Source: Longimicrobiales bacterium (GTDB lineage: Bacteria; Gemmatimonadota; Gemmatimonadetes; Longimicrobiales; Gaopeijiaceae). From it: a DNA stretch of 64,000 bases. The position numbers were made by a program, and so were the translations under genes. The notes under the pieces are model-generated. The model saw only the letters and a list, made by a program, of their open reading frames with translations, was not told where the DNA came from and did not search any database. The number at the start of each line of letters is the position of its first letter. The first letter of the stretch is position 1. Below, one piece after another: positions 29,220-44,075 of the stretch. The stretch covers positions 1,280,001 through 1,344,000 of the forward strand of contig CAXXKM010000003.1 of the NCBI GenBank assembly GCA_963664435.2. Direction: 5' to 3'.

Positions 29220-30116
29220 ATGGACATCCCGATGATCGTTGGCGTCGTCATCGCCGCCACCGGCCTCCTCACCAGCTTTCGCGTCCTCTGGGAATACGAG
29301 CGGGGCGTCGTGTTCCGACTCGGCAAGCTGACCCGCGCCAAGGGGCCAGGCCTCATTTTTCTGGTGCCCTACGGGCTGGAACGCATGAAGAGGATGGACC
29401 TGCGCATCGTGGCGCTGGACATCGCTCCCCAGGACACCATCACCAAGGACAACGTGAGCGTCACGGTCAACGCCGTGGTGTACTTCCGGGTGACCAACCC
29501 CGCGAAGGCCGTGGTCGAGATCGAGGACTATTACTTCGCCACCTCCCAGCTGGCACAGACGACGCTCCGCAGCGTCATCGGCCAGTCGGAGCTGGATCAA
29601 CTGCTCGCCGAGCGCGAGCGCATCAACGAAATCGTGCGCGACATCATCGACGAGGGAACCGATCCCTGGGGCATCGAGGTCACCGGCGTCGAGATCAAGG
29701 ACATCGACCTGCCCAAGGAGATGAAGCGCGCGATGGCGAAGCAGGCGGAGGCCGAACGCGAGCGCCGCGGCAAGGTGATCGCGGCGGAAGGCGAGTTCCA
29801 GGCCTCGCGCAAACTGGCCGACGCGGCGGCCATCATTCAGGAATACCCCATGGCGTTGCAGCTTCGCTACCTGCAGACGGCCGTCGAGATCGCCGCGGAG
29901 AACAACTCCACCACCGTCTTTCCCATCCCCATGGAGCTCATGTCGGCGGGAACCACCAGCACGGGGAAGGCGGTCGCGCAGGCGGCGGCAGAGGGGATGC
30001 CCGCGCTCCTCCCGGAAGGGACCTCGGGGCAGTTGCTCGCGGACGCGGTTCGCAGAATCGCCGATTCCGCGACGGAAGCGAAGGAGGCAGCCGGGTCGGA
30101 GCAGGATTCGGCCTGA
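29220..30116 (+). CDS. SPFH/stomatin (slipin) family protein
   Basis: [44 protein letters not shown]. Confidence 0.92.
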   Translation: MDIPMIVGVVIAATGLLTSFRVLWEYERGVVFRLGKLTRAKGPGLIFLVPYGLERMKRMDLRIVALDIAPQDTITKDNVSVTVNAVVYFRVTNPAKAVVEIEDYYFATSQLAQTTLRSVIGQSELDQLLAERERINEIVRDIIDEGTDPWGIEVTGVEIKDIDLPKEMKRAMAKQAEAERERRGKVIAAEGEFQASRKLADAAAIIQEYPMALQLRYLQTAVEIAAENNSTTVFPIPMELMSAGTTSTGKAVAQAAAEGMPALLPEGTSGQLLADAVRRIADSATEAKEAAGSEQDSA

Positions 30117-30154
30117 GCGCCCGACCGTCCGGGAAACCGAAGGGCCCGGACCGG

Positions 30155-33562
<3,408 letters not shown>

Positions 33563-33566
<4 letters not shown>

Positions 33567-35185
33567 CGAGGCGCTTCCTGGTCGAAGATGACGAAGGGCA
33601 GGCCAAGACGGCTCCTGCGGTCGGGTTGCCGGCGCACCGCGGCCGAAAGGCGCGCGATCACATCGCCCGGCACCAGCCCGGGACCCTCGTTCCCGAGGGC
33701 CGCCGCGACCCCGGTCAGGTGCAGCGCCAGCGCGCCGGCCACCGATGGGTCACATCCCTGCGCCAGCATGGAACCCGCGACCCCGCTCAGCACGTCGCCC
33801 ATCCCGGCCGCGGCCAGGTCGGAGCTCCCGAGCCCGCCCACCAGGAGCCGCTTCGAAGGGGTGGCCACCACCGATGGGTTCCCCTTCAGCAACACCGTGC
33901 ACGACCAGGCCGCCGCCCGGTCGAGGGCCAGTTCGTGCGGAAGATCGGGCAGGTCGGCAGCGGCCGCCACGAGCCTCCTCATCTCGCCCCGATGGGGCGT
34001 CACCAGCACCGGCCGAGCGCGCCCCAGGTCGCCGAGGGGGGGACCCGCGTCCGCCGCCACCAGGTTCAGGGCGTCGGCGTCGAGCAGGACGGGCGCGTCG
34101 CCGGACGCCTCCAGCACGGCCTCCAGGGCGGCGGCGGCCTCCGGAGCGACCCCCAGCCCGGGCCCTGCCGCGACCGCGGTCGATCCCATCGCCGCCCGGG
34201 CGAGCGCGGGACGGTCGGCCGCGTCCACGAACACCGCTTCCGGGACCGCGCCCTGGAGCACGGACCGATTGGAGGAGGCGCTCGCGATGCGCACGAATCC
34301 CGCGCCGGCCCTCAGTGCCGCCCGCGCCGCCATGATTGCCGCGCCCGCCATCCCGGGCGCCCCCGCCAGCAGGAGCAGCGAGCCGACCTGGTGCTTGTGC
34401 GTCTCGGGACGACGAACCGGCAGCACGTCCCGCGCCCATGCGGGCGTCATCACCCGCGCCCCGAACCTCCCGGGCGGCACCGGCGGGAATCCGATCTCCA
34501 CAGCCACCAGGCGACCGGTGTGCACACGCCCGGGTTGAAGCAGGGAACCCAGCTTGGGCCAGCCGAAGGCCGCCGTTACGTCGGCCCGGGTGGCTGCTCC
34601 GGGAACGGCGCCGGTGTCGGCGTCCACCCCGGAAGGGATGTCGAGGGAAAGGAGCGGCCTGCCGGCCCGGTTCATGCCTTCCAGGATGCGCGCCTGGGGA
34701 GTGCGGGGCGCTCCCGAAATCCCCGTGCCGAGCACCGCGTCCACAAGCACGCCGGCCGACGCGGTCACCCGCTGGATCTCACCCCGGGCGCCCTCGGCGC
34801 CCGCGTCCAGCGTGGGCAGCGGCCACTGGTGCAGCAGGCGGGCATCCGGGGAACGCGCGGACGCCTGGACGACCGTTACCGGGCGGCCCCACCCCGCCAG
34901 CGCGCGCGCCAGAGCCAGGCCGTCGCCGCCGTTGTTGCCCGATCCAGCGAACACGACGACCGATCCCCGCGCAAAGATGCGCTCGAGCACCAGGGCGGCC
35001 GATCGTCCCGCATTCTCGATGAGGGTCCGGCCGGGAACACCAAGTTGGTCGATGACGAAGCGATCGAAGGATGCCGCTTCGCTGCCGGTGGGAGCGTGGA
35101 CATCGGAATCGCCGAAGAGGATCCTCGAACGACCGCGACGGCCTCCGGGAGGGGCGCCGCGATTCCTATTCGCGCGTGGCGCCAT
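33563..35185 (-). CDS. nnr: Bifunctional NAD(P)H-hydrate epimerase/dehydratase
   Basis: GSGNNGGDG, DAVLGTG, DIPSG; HK..G, GPGLG, DADAL, TPH.GE, G.GDVLSG. Confidence 0.9.
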
Positions 35186-35203
35186 CGGAAGGGGTTGGGG
35201 CGA

Positions 35204-35401
35204 CTACTTGTAGCTCTGAGTGATGTTGCGGCCGAAGGTGATCTCTCCGTTGTCGATCCTGATGTTGTAGCCACAGTCGGGATTGGAACAGACCCACGCC
35301 TTGTATCGGATCGACGCGCCCTCGCGTCCGTAGTCCGACATGGGGAGCAACAGCCCCGTATTGCATTTGAGACAGGAAGGAAAGCTGCGCTCATCGGACA
35401 T
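35204..35401 (-). CDS. Small Cys-rich (Zn-ribbon-like) hypothetical protein
   Basis: 65 aa with CLKC...CSNPDC; GAGGGG RBS; fits between Minf_1886 and nnr. Confidence 0.75.
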   Translation of the reverse strand: MSDERSFPSCLKCNTGLLLPMSDYGREGASIRYKAWVCSNPDCGYNIRIDNGEITFGRNITQSYK

Positions 35402-35469
35402 TGTCCAGTCCCCTCTCGGATGGTCTCGAAAAGACGAGACCTGTTGAGTAAGTCAGGTTGCGGCGGAGG

Positions 35470-35847
35470 CTATGCCCTGCCCCACGGGTAGTTGTGCTCG
35501 AAAGCGTCCTCGAAATCGTACACGCCCCTGAAATCCTCGGGAGAATCCTCATCCTGTTTCAGGAGAATCCCGCAGTCCACCAGATCGAATACGATCTCAC
35601 CCAGGTCTTCCGTGGCGTGGACGCCCCAATGTTCCAGAACCGTGCGCGCCATGGGGCCATATTGCTCGAGGGCCAGTCGCCTTACCCCCTGCGCCAGCTC
35701 CGTGCCGGAGATATGGCGCCGCTTTTCGAGCGAGTCCGAGACCGACTGCAGGGCGGAGAGAACAAACAGGTACGCCTTGACATGGAAGCGCGGGTTGCGC
35801 CCATCGAGCCGAACCAGGACATCGTCGCCAATCTGCGGGTCGTTCAT
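35470..35847 (-). CDS. Minf_1886 family protein
   Basis: AYLFV..AL, RHISG.EL, YGPMARTVL.HWGV..TED.GEIVF.LV, DF..VYDF. Confidence 0.8.
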   Translation of the reverse strand: MNDPQIGDDVLVRLDGRNPRFHVKAYLFVLSALQSVSDSLEKRRHISGTELAQGVRRLALEQYGPMARTVLEHWGVHATEDLGEIVFDLVDCGILLKQDEDSPEDFRGVYDFEDAFEHNYPWGRA

Positions 35848-35957
35848 GGGAGAAATCTGGAGCGATTCCCCGGCGAGCGCCAGACCCGGCCATCGGGGCG
35901 ACAGGGCGTTTCCCGTTGCAGGACAAGATATTGCGGCGCCCGCAACCTCCGGGCAGG

Positions 35958-37217
35958 TCAGTCGACCGGAGCGGTTTCCCTGCGGAGCGGGAAAGACGCG
36001 CTCATCTCGCGCACTTCCCCACGCACCTCCTGCAGCACTTCCTCGTCCTCGGGGCGAAGCAGAACCCGGGCCATCCAGTCGGCGATGAGGCGCATCTCGT
36101 CGATGCCCATGCCCCGGCTGGTGAGCGCCGAAGTCCCGAGGCGAATCCCGGAGGTGACCAGGGGCGACCGGTACTCCCCGGGGACGGTGTTCTTGTTGAC
36201 GGTGATGCCCACGCGCGCGAGCGCCGCCTCGGCCTGCGCTCCCGAGAGGCCGTCCTGCCCGAAGTCGACCAGGATCAGGTGCGTGTCGGTGCCGCCGCTC
36301 ACCAGACGGAACCCGTGTTCCATCAGCCTGGACCCCAGGGTTCGCGCGTTGACCACCACCTGCCGGATGTAGAGGGAGAACTCCGGGGCCAGGGCCTCCC
36401 GGAACGCAACCGCCTTGGCGGCGATCACATGCATCATGGGACCACCCTGCGAGCCCGGGAAGACCGCCCTGTCGATGGCGCGGGCGTGTTCGGCGGGCGC
36501 CAGAATAAGACCGCCGCGGGGTCCGCGCAGGGTCTTGTGCGTCGTCGTGGTCACCACATGCGCATGTGGAATCGGACTGGGATGCTCGCCCGTGGCGACG
36601 AGCCCGGCGATGTGGGCCATGTCGACCATGAGGAGCGCGTCCACTTCGCGCGCTATTTCGCCGAACGCAGCGAAATCGAGGGTGCGCGGGTAGGCGCTGG
36701 CCCCCGCGACGATCAGTCGCGGGCGCTCCGAGCGGGCCTGCTCGCGCACCACATCGTAGTCGATGAACCCATCCGACTCGCGCACACCGTATGACGATAC
36801 CTGGAACCACTTGCCGCTGACGTTGACCCGGGATCCGTGCGTGAGATGGCCGCCGTGGCTGAGCTGCATGCCCAGAAAGCGGTCTCCGGGCTGGAGGAAG
36901 GCGAGAAAGGCGGCCAGGTTGGCCTGGGCCCCGGAATGGGGCTGAACGTTCGCGTGATCGGCCCCGAAGAGCGTGCAGGCCCGCGCCCGCGCCAGGCTTT
37001 CGACCACGTCGACGTGCTCGCAGCCGCCGTAGTAGCGGCGTCCCGGGAGCCCTTCGGCGTACTTGTTGGTGAGGGCCGAACCCGTCGCCTCCAGAACCGC
37101 CCGGGACGCGAAGTTCTCGCTGGCGATCATCTCCAGCTGGTCTCGCTGGCGGGCCTCTTCGGCCTGGACGGCCTGATGTATCTCGGGGTCGAAACGACGC
37201 AGGTGATCGGTGGACAC
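35958..37217 (-). CDS. glyA: Serine hydroxymethyltransferase
   Basis: [39 protein letters not shown]. Confidence 0.97.
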   Translation of the reverse strand: MSTDHLRRFDPEIHQAVQAEEARQRDQLEMIASENFASRAVLEATGSALTNKYAEGLPGRRYYGGCEHVDVVESLARARACTLFGADHANVQPHSGAQANLAAFLAFLQPGDRFLGMQLSHGGHLTHGSRVNVSGKWFQVSSYGVRESDGFIDYDVVREQARSERPRLIVAGASAYPRTLDFAAFGEIAREVDALLMVDMAHIAGLVATGEHPSPIPHAHVVTTTTHKTLRGPRGGLILAPAEHARAIDRAVFPGSQGGPMMHVIAAKAVAFREALAPEFSLYIRQVVVNARTLGSRLMEHGFRLVSGGTDTHLILVDFGQDGLSGAQAEAALARVGITVNKNTVPGEYRSPLVTSGIRLGTSALTSRGMGIDEMRLIADWMARVLLRPEDEEVLQEVRGEVREMSASFPLRRETAPVD

Positions 37218-37230
37218 GGCTTCGCTCGGG

Positions 37231-38322
37231 TCAGGTGCTCATGGAAACTGCCCGCCGGGCACGGGAGCCGTGCGCGGCGCTGCCGGGGCGGCGGGCATCC
37301 GTCAGCTTCTGCAGAGCAACACGGTTTGAGGCTTCGGCGGCGGTGATGCCATCCTCGCGCGCGCGCCGAAAGACGCTCAGCAGGACGTCGTAGATCCCGG
37401 CAGCCTTCCTTCGGGTGCGTTCAGCGGACCAGCCGTGAATCTCGCCGTACACGTTGATGAGGCCTCCGGCGTTGATCACGTAGTCGGGAGCGAAAAGGAT
37501 GCCCCGCTCCTGCAGGGCGTTGCCATGCCTCGGCTCGGCCAACTGATTATTGGCCGAGCCCGCCACAATGTCCACGCGCAGGCGCTCGACGGTCCGGTCG
37601 TTGACCACGCCGCCCAGCGCGCAGGGGGCGAAGATGTCCGCCGGCACGTCGTAGATCCCGGCCGGGGCGACCGGGGCTGCGCCGAAATCGCGCACCGCGC
37701 GCTGAACGCTGCCGGCGTCGATGTCGGCGACCGTGAGTCGTGCGCCTTCGGCCGCGAGTTCGGCGCACAGGTGGTACCCGACGTGTCCCACGCCCTGAAC
37801 TGCGACATGCCTGCCCTCCAGGCGCGGATCGCCGTAGCGCTCCCGCGCGCACGCCCTGATCCCTTGGTAGACACCGTGGGCCGTGGCGGGAGAAGGATCC
37901 CCGGAACCCCCGCGAACCCCGGCCACCCAGCGGGTTTCCGCGCGCACGAACTCCATGTCGTCCACGGAAGTGCCGACGTCCTCGGCCGTGATGTAGCGCC
38001 CGCCCAGCGACTCCACGGCCCGGCCGTGGGCCCGGAAGAGCTGCTCGCGGTCGCATGGCTGTTCATCCGCCAGGATGACCGATTTGCCCCCTCCCAGCTT
38101 CAGGCCCGCGATGGCCGCCTTGTACGTCATTCCGCGCGCGAGGCGCAGGGCGTCGACCAGGGCATCCTCCTCGCTGGCATACTTCCACAGGCGGGTGCCC
38201 CCCAGAGCCGGGCCGAGCGTGGTGTCGTGGATGGCGATGATGCCTCGGTAGCCCGCCGCGGGCTCCGACCAGAATGCCAGTTGATCGTGGCGGAAGGCCG
38301 CCATCTCCTCGAATATCTTCAT
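37231..38322 (-). CDS. Leucine (Glu/Leu/Phe/Val) dehydrogenase
   Basis: [56 protein letters not shown]. Confidence 0.92.
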   Translation of the reverse strand: MKIFEEMAAFRHDQLAFWSEPAAGYRGIIAIHDTTLGPALGGTRLWKYASEEDALVDALRLARGMTYKAAIAGLKLGGGKSVILADEQPCDREQLFRAHGRAVESLGGRYITAEDVGTSVDDMEFVRAETRWVAGVRGGSGDPSPATAHGVYQGIRACARERYGDPRLEGRHVAVQGVGHVGYHLCAELAAEGARLTVADIDAGSVQRAVRDFGAAPVAPAGIYDVPADIFAPCALGGVVNDRTVERLRVDIVAGSANNQLAEPRHGNALQERGILFAPDYVINAGGLINVYGEIHGWSAERTRRKAAGIYDVLLSVFRRAREDGITAAEASNRVALQKLTDARRPGSAAHGSRARRAVSMST

Positions 38323-38386
38323 GTTCAATTCCTTGTATTTCTCTTGCCGGGCGTCCCCACCGGTGCCGCGCCGAAGCGGGCGCCCT

Positions 38387-39562
38387 TCACCCGGTGCCAA
38401 CCGCAGCCTGGAACCCGCGCGCCGCGATGATGCGCAGCACCTCGCCCGTGGCCTCGCAGATGCCCGTGCCGCTGGCGTCGCGCATCAGCTTCTCTACGGG
38501 ATAGTCGCGCATGTATCCATACCCCCCGAAGATCTGCACGGCTTCCCGAGCCACCGATACCGCTGCGTGGCTCGCCGCCCACCTTGCCATGTCCGGCGTC
38601 GCCGCCAGGCCCGGATGGTCCGGCCAGGAAGCCATGTCGAGTCCGCCTTCCCGGTCCGGCGCTTCGAGAGCAGCGGCCGTCTCGCGCACCAGCGCGCGCG
38701 CCGCGGCAATACGGGTGGCCATGCCCGCGAGCTTGTGCCGTATGGCTCCGAACGCCGTGAGGGCGCGCCCGAACTGCTCGCGCTCGCGGGAGTATCGGGC
38801 GGCGTGCTCGAAGGCGGCCTGCGCGATGCCCAGGGCGACCGCCGCGCCGCCCAGGCGGGACAGGGGGAGCACCTCCCGCGCGTACCCGTCTCCGAGCGGC
38901 GGGCGCCCGATCACACGGTCCTCGGGCACTGCCATGCCGTCGAACTCGATGTCGACGATCTCGGCCGCGCACAGTCCGAGGGTTTCGCGTCGACGCACAA
39001 CGCGATACCCGGGTACGGCGGTGTCCACGAGGAACGCGCCCAACCCGCCGCCCGGGTCCGAGTGGGCGAAGACCACGGCCGCCCCCGCTCTGTCGCCGTC
39101 CACCACCCAGTGCCTGTGGCCGTCGAGACGCCAGCCCCCGGCCACCGGCGTGGCGATGGCATCCCCGGCATCCTCGGCACCGGACGCCCCGGGCTCGCCC
39201 AGCGCGAAGGCGACCAGGCGCTCTCCGGACGCGATCCCCGGGAGGAACTCGCGTTGCAGGCCGTCCGATGCATGCGCGAGCAGGAGGCCGGTGACCGGTC
39301 CGTTCTGCATCGACACGGACAGCGCCACGCTTCCGTCTCCACGGGCGAGCTCCTCCGTCGCCGCCAGGCATGTGGTCAGATCGAGCCCGAGGCCGCCGAA
39401 CGCTTCCGGAATGCGCATCCCCAGGAAACCGAATTCGGCGAGCATCCCGAGGACATCGTCGTCCAGATGGCGATGCTCGTCCCAGTCTGCGGAGCGCGGG
39501 CGGATTTCACCGTCCGAGAAATCCCGGGTCATCTCCCGGATGGATCGTTCCTCCGGGGTCAC
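38387..39562 (-). CDS. Acyl-CoA dehydrogenase family protein (divergent motifs)
   Basis: FGGLGL, FALGEP, REQFGR, AVQIFGGYGY.RDYPVEK.MRDA. Confidence 0.85.
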   Translation of the reverse strand: MTPEERSIREMTRDFSDGEIRPRSADWDEHRHLDDDVLGMLAEFGFLGMRIPEAFGGLGLDLTTCLAATEELARGDGSVALSVSMQNGPVTGLLLAHASDGLQREFLPGIASGERLVAFALGEPGASGAEDAGDAIATPVAGGWRLDGHRHWVVDGDRAGAAVVFAHSDPGGGLGAFLVDTAVPGYRVVRRRETLGLCAAEIVDIEFDGMAVPEDRVIGRPPLGDGYAREVLPLSRLGGAAVALGIAQAAFEHAARYSREREQFGRALTAFGAIRHKLAGMATRIAAARALVRETAAALEAPDREGGLDMASWPDHPGLAATPDMARWAASHAAVSVAREAVQIFGGYGYMRDYPVEKLMRDASGTGICEATGEVLRIIAARGFQAAVGTG

Positions 39563-39655
39563 GGAGCGCCACGCATCAGGGGGACACCACGTTCGTGCGC
39601 AGGGCCGCTCCCGCCGGGAACACCGCCGCCGGCCGGCGCTCGACTCCGGGATGCG

Positions 39656-40504
39656 CTACGCATGGGAGTAGAACCCGCGTCCGCTCTTGCGCCCCAGCCA
39701 CCCGGCCGCCACGTACTTGCGAAGCAGCGGCGCGGGGCGGTAGCGGTCGTCGCCCAGCTCCCGGTGCAGTACTTCCAGGATGGCGAGGCAGGTGTCGAGC
39801 CCTATCAGGTCCGCCAGCGCAAGCGGCCCCATGGGGTGATTCATTCCCAGGCGCATGACCGCGTCGATCGCCTCCGCTTCCGCCACGCCCTCCATGAGGG
39901 CGAAGATCGCCTCGTTGATCATCGGCATGAGGATGCGGTTCGAGACGAAGCCCGGGAAGTCGTTCACCTCCACCGGCGTCTTGCCCAGGCGGGTGGCCAA
40001 CTCCATCGCCGCCCGGACGGTCGCGTCGCTGGTCCGGAGCCCGCGCACCACCTCCACCAGGCGCATCACCGGCACGGGGTTCATGAAGTGCACGCCGATG
40101 ACGCGGTCGGGTCGGGTCGTACGGGCGCCCATCGCGGTGATGGAGATCGACGAGGTGTTGGAGGCCAGGATCGCGCCGGGGGGAGCGAGGCGGTCCAGCT
40201 CGGCGAACAGCCGATACTTGAGCGAGGCGTCCTCGGGGACCGCTTCAATGGCGAGCTCCGTCGCGGAGACGGCCCGGGCGAGGTCGGTCGTCGCATGGAT
40301 GCGGGCCAGGGCGGCGGCCTGGTCGTCCGCCTGGAGACGGCCCGACCGGAGCTGGCGATCCATGTTTCGCGCGATGTTCGCGGTTCCGCGCGCGAGCGCC
40401 TCCCCGGCCACGTCGTAGAGGGCCACCTCGAGCTCCGACAGCGCCGCGACGTGCGCGATGCCGTTCCCCATCGTCCCGGATCCGATCACGGCAATGCGTC
40501 GCAT
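39656..40504 (-). CDS. hbd: 3-hydroxybutyryl-CoA dehydrogenase
   Basis: GSGTMGNGIA, EAVPE, SNTSS, HFMNP, PGFVSNR, PMGPL..D.IGLD. Confidence 0.92.
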   Translation of the reverse strand: MRRIAVIGSGTMGNGIAHVAALSELEVALYDVAGEALARGTANIARNMDRQLRSGRLQADDQAAALARIHATTDLARAVSATELAIEAVPEDASLKYRLFAELDRLAPPGAILASNTSSISITAMGARTTRPDRVIGVHFMNPVPVMRLVEVVRGLRTSDATVRAAMELATRLGKTPVEVNDFPGFVSNRILMPMINEAIFALMEGVAEAEAIDAVMRLGMNHPMGPLALADLIGLDTCLAILEVLHRELGDDRYRPAPLLRKYVAAGWLGRKSGRGFYSHA

Positions 40505-40539
40505 GGGCTTCCCTTCGGCCACGAACAATGCTCCGGAAG

Positions 40540-41127
40540 TCAGGTTTTGTCGCGAGTCCGGGACCTCAGCCGGAGCGTGATCGCCATGGCCACCAGCAGT
40601 TCGATCGCGTCGCCGAGCGCGAAGGGCAGCACGGCATTGCGCAAGACCGCCATGGGAGCAGAACCGGTGAGCAGGGACAGATGGGCCGCGCCCGCCAGGT
40701 AGATGACGAAAAGGCCCGCCACCAGCGCCAGCAGGATGCGCGGAGCGCCTGCGTCCCGCGGGCCCGCCAGCCATCCGCAGAGACCGGAAGCCAGGGGAAA
40801 GGCGAGGATGAAGCCGCCCGTGGGGCCGGCGAGTGCCGCGGGCCCGGCCGGAATCGCGGCGAACACCGGTATGCCGCTCACCCCGAGCAGCACGTAGGCC
40901 GCCATGCTCGCCGCTCCCGCCGACGGCCCCAGCACCAACCCCGACAGGAGCACGAAGAGCGGCTGCAGCGTCATCGGTACCGGGGTCCAGGGCACGGGCA
41001 CCGCGACGTAGGCGCCGGCGGTGGTGAGCAGGACGAAGAGCGCCGCGGTCAGCGCCCGCCGACCGGTGGCGATCGACGCCATCCGTACCAGAATCCCCTG
41101 TCCCTGGCTCAACTCTGCAGTCCGCAT
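40540..41127 (-). CDS. bioY: Biotin transporter BioY (ECF S-component)
   Basis: PVPMTLQ, G.PVFA, GPTGGF, IYLAG, PF..GD. Confidence 0.9.
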   Translation of the reverse strand: MRTAELSQGQGILVRMASIATGRRALTAALFVLLTTAGAYVAVPVPWTPVPMTLQPLFVLLSGLVLGPSAGAASMAAYVLLGVSGIPVFAAIPAGPAALAGPTGGFILAFPLASGLCGWLAGPRDAGAPRILLALVAGLFVIYLAGAAHLSLLTGSAPMAVLRNAVLPFALGDAIELLVAMAITLRLRSRTRDKT

Positions 41128-41237
41128 GCTTGATCCTCCCGTGTTGTCGCTATGTCAGCAGGTTTCGTGCCGCCCTCAGGCCTACCGCGGGCCGGAGCAT
41201 GGGCGGACCGACCCCGCCACCTCCGGCGCTCGAGCGG

Positions 41238-42449
41238 TCAGGCGCGCTCCACCGCGAGCGCGACCGCGTTGCCGCCTCCGAGGCAGAGCGTGGCGAGGCC
41301 GGTCGCGGCGTCCCGGTCCTCCATCGCATGTACGAGCGTGACCAGGATGCGGGCCCCCGAAGCGCCAATGGGGTGGCCCAGCGCGACGGCGCCCCCGTTC
41401 ACGTTGACCCGGGCCGGATCCAGGTCGAGCGCGTCGATGTCCGCCAGCGTCTGTACCGCAAAGGCTTCGTTGATCTCCACCAGGTCGTAATCGTCCGTCG
41501 CCCTGCCCTCCGAGTCCATCACCTTGCGCACGGCGAAGATGGGGGCGAAAAAGAGATCGCGCGGTTCGGTGCCCGCCGAAGCGTAGGCCGTGACGCGGGC
41601 GGCCACCGGCAGGCCGTGCGCCCGGGCGAATTCCATCGACGCGATGACCAGGGCGGCACCGCCATCGTTCAGCCCCGGGGCGTTTCCGGCGGTGACCACC
41701 AGCCGATCGACCTCTTCGGGAGCGTCGCGGGAAAAGGCGGGACGCAGCCTGGCAAGAGCCGCCAGCGAAGTGTCGCGCCGGGGCCCTTCGTCGGTATCGA
41801 CCAGGGTCTCGCCCCGGCGGGCCGGCACCTCCACCGGAACGATCTCGGACTGAAACCGGCCTCCGTCGATCGCGTCCACCGCCTTGCGGTGCGACGCCAG
41901 GGCGAACTCGTCGGCCCTCTCGCGCGTGATGTCCGCCCGGGTCGCCGTGTATTCCGCGTAACCGCCCATGTGGCGGCCCTCGAAGGAGCACCAGAGGCCG
42001 TCGTGAATGAGGCCGTCGCTCACCTCCTGGTCTCCGAACTTCACGCCCCCGCGATGTCCCCGCAGGTAGTAGGGCACGTTGGACATCGATTCGAAGCCGC
42101 CGGCCACGATGGCGCGCGCGTCCCCCGCCCGGATCGCCTGCGCCGCCAGCATCACCGCCTTCAGTCCGGAACCGCAAACCTTGTTCACGGTGACGGAAGG
42201 GATGGTCGCGGGTAGGCCGGCGTTCACAGCCGCCTGGCGGGCAGGGGCCTGCCCCTCTCCGGCCGAAACCACGTTTCCCATGACCACCTCGTCGATGGCG
42301 GACGGGTCGACGCCCGAGCGCTCCACGGCCGCACGCACGGTGACGGCGCCGAGCGCGGGGCCGGAAAGCGGGGAGAGACCGCCCAGGAAACGGCCAATGG
42401 GGGTACGGGCGGATCCAAGGATGACGGGTGTTCGGGATTCGTTGTTCAT
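41238..42449 (-). CDS. Acetyl-CoA C-acetyltransferase (thiolase)
   Basis: [29 protein letters not shown]. Confidence 0.95.
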   Translation of the reverse strand: MNNESRTPVILGSARTPIGRFLGGLSPLSGPALGAVTVRAAVERSGVDPSAIDEVVMGNVVSAGEGQAPARQAAVNAGLPATIPSVTVNKVCGSGLKAVMLAAQAIRAGDARAIVAGGFESMSNVPYYLRGHRGGVKFGDQEVSDGLIHDGLWCSFEGRHMGGYAEYTATRADITRERADEFALASHRKAVDAIDGGRFQSEIVPVEVPARRGETLVDTDEGPRRDTSLAALARLRPAFSRDAPEEVDRLVVTAGNAPGLNDGGAALVIASMEFARAHGLPVAARVTAYASAGTEPRDLFFAPIFAVRKVMDSEGRATDDYDLVEINEAFAVQTLADIDALDLDPARVNVNGGAVALGHPIGASGARILVTLVHAMEDRDAATGLATLCLGGGNAVALAVERA

Positions 42450-42459
42450 GTGTGAAAAT

Positions 42460-43278
42460 CTAGACCAATCCTTCGACCGGGTCACGTCCTTCGGGCCTGG
42501 CGAGGAGTCGGCGCAGCGCCCGAAGGTCGCGGACGCCCCGCCGCTCCGTTTTCTCCAGAAGACACCTCAGGACCTTGGCAGCCGCGCGAGCGTCGCCCAG
42601 AGCGCGATGACGGCCGTGCACCTCGACGCCGAAGCGGTCGCACAGGGCGTCGAGATGATGCCGCCGCTGGGATGCCAGCAGCCGGCGCGACAGTTGCTCG
42701 GTGCAGAGTCTCTGCACGCGCGGAGCGTCCCCCAGCACCTCGCGCAGCTGTCCACCGACGAAGGCCCAGTCGTGGTCGGCGTTGTGGGCCACGAAGACGT
42801 GGTCCTCGAGCCGGCTGCGGACCTCGACGGCGATCTCGTGGAACCGGGGGGCCTTCGCGACCCTGGTTCCGCTGATGCCGGTCAGGCGGGTTACCGAAGC
42901 CGCGATGTCCCGTTCGGGATTGACCAGACTCTGGAATTCGCGGGTCACGACCCCTTCGCGCAGCTCCACGACGGCCAGCTCGATGATGCGGTGGCCCGCC
43001 CCGTACGCGCCTCCGGTCGTCTCCACATCCACCACGGCGTAGTCGAGAAAACCGAGCGAGGAACGCACCCCGGCCAGGCCCGGGGTCAGCTGCCAGCGGC
43101 CCTCCGGGTCAAGGCGAAACCTGGGATCGGGCCCCAGCAGCGACGCGATCAGCGCGGGCGACTCCTGCTCGAACGCGCGCAGCCGGGTCGCCCGGCGGGC
43201 GAGCTCGTCCGGGTGCAGTGGTCCCTCGCCGAGCAGGCCTGCGACCGTCTCGACCCATGACTCCCGGGACGCGCTCAT
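42460..43278 (-). CDS. DEDDh 3'-5' exonuclease (DnaQ-like)
   Basis: DVETTG, AHNA..D, HRALGDA. Confidence 0.88.
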   Translation of the reverse strand: MSASRESWVETVAGLLGEGPLHPDELARRATRLRAFEQESPALIASLLGPDPRFRLDPEGRWQLTPGLAGVRSSLGFLDYAVVDVETTGGAYGAGHRIIELAVVELREGVVTREFQSLVNPERDIAASVTRLTGISGTRVAKAPRFHEIAVEVRSRLEDHVFVAHNADHDWAFVGGQLREVLGDAPRVQRLCTEQLSRRLLASQRRHHLDALCDRFGVEVHGRHRALGDARAAAKVLRCLLEKTERRGVRDLRALRRLLARPEGRDPVEGLV

Positions 43279-44072
43279 GTGCCCTCCACCAGCGCCGCCA
43301 GGCGGACGAAGTCCTCGGGCGCCAGGGCCTCGGGGCGGAGCGTCAGGTCGAGCCCGCTGCGTGTCTCCACCTCCATGACGGCCCGCCGATCGAGCCGATA
43401 GGCCGGTGCGTCCCGGAGAATCCGCTGAAACTGCTTGCGCCGGCGCTGAAAGGCCGCCCGGGTGAGGACGCGCACGGCCTTCTCCTGCGCTGCGGAAGTC
43501 CTTGGAGGGTGGAAAGGCCGGATCCGCACCACCACCGAATCCACCCGCGGAACAGGGCGAAACGCCGTCCGCCGCACGCGCAGGACACGCTCGACCCGCG
43601 CCACCATCCGGACCCCCACCGACAGGGCGCCATAGGTCCGGGAGCCCGGGGCCGCCAGCATCCGCTCACCGACTTCCCGCTGCACCATGATGACGATCTC
43701 GGCCGGACGCGGACGCTCGAGAAGCCGGAAGACGATCGGTGAAGTGCGGTTGTAGGGAATGTTGCCGATCACCTTGAGCGCGGAGATGTCTTCGGCCAAC
43801 TCCACGATGTCGGTGTCGAGGATGTCGCCCCGAACGAGGGTGACGTCGGGTCGGCCGGCCAGCTCCTCGCCGAGGCGGTCCGCCAGCTCCCGGTCCAGCT
43901 CCACAAGCAGCAGACGCCGCGGCAGGCCCAGCAGATGACGGGTGAGCGCGCCGGTCCCGGGTCCGATCTCCAGCACCTCGTCGGTGGCCTGAACGTCGAG
44001 CGCCCTCACGATGGCCCGCTGAATGTTGGGGTCCACCAGGAAGTTCTGGCCGAGGGAACGCTTCGGCCGCAC
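43275..44072 (-). CDS. rsmA: 16S rRNA adenine dimethyltransferase RsmA/KsgA
   Basis: KRSLGQNFL, EIGPG.G, NIPYN, F.P.PRVDS. Confidence 0.95.
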   Translation of the reverse strand: MRPKRSLGQNFLVDPNIQRAIVRALDVQATDEVLEIGPGTGALTRHLLGLPRRLLLVELDRELADRLGEELAGRPDVTLVRGDILDTDIVELAEDISALKVIGNIPYNRTSPIVFRLLERPRPAEIVIMVQREVGERMLAAPGSRTYGALSVGVRMVARVERVLRVRRTAFRPVPRVDSVVVRIRPFHPPRTSAAQEKAVRVLTRAAFQRRRKQFQRILRDAPAYRLDRRAVMEVETRSGLDLTLRPEALAPEDFVRLAALVEGT

Positions 44073-44075
44073 GTC

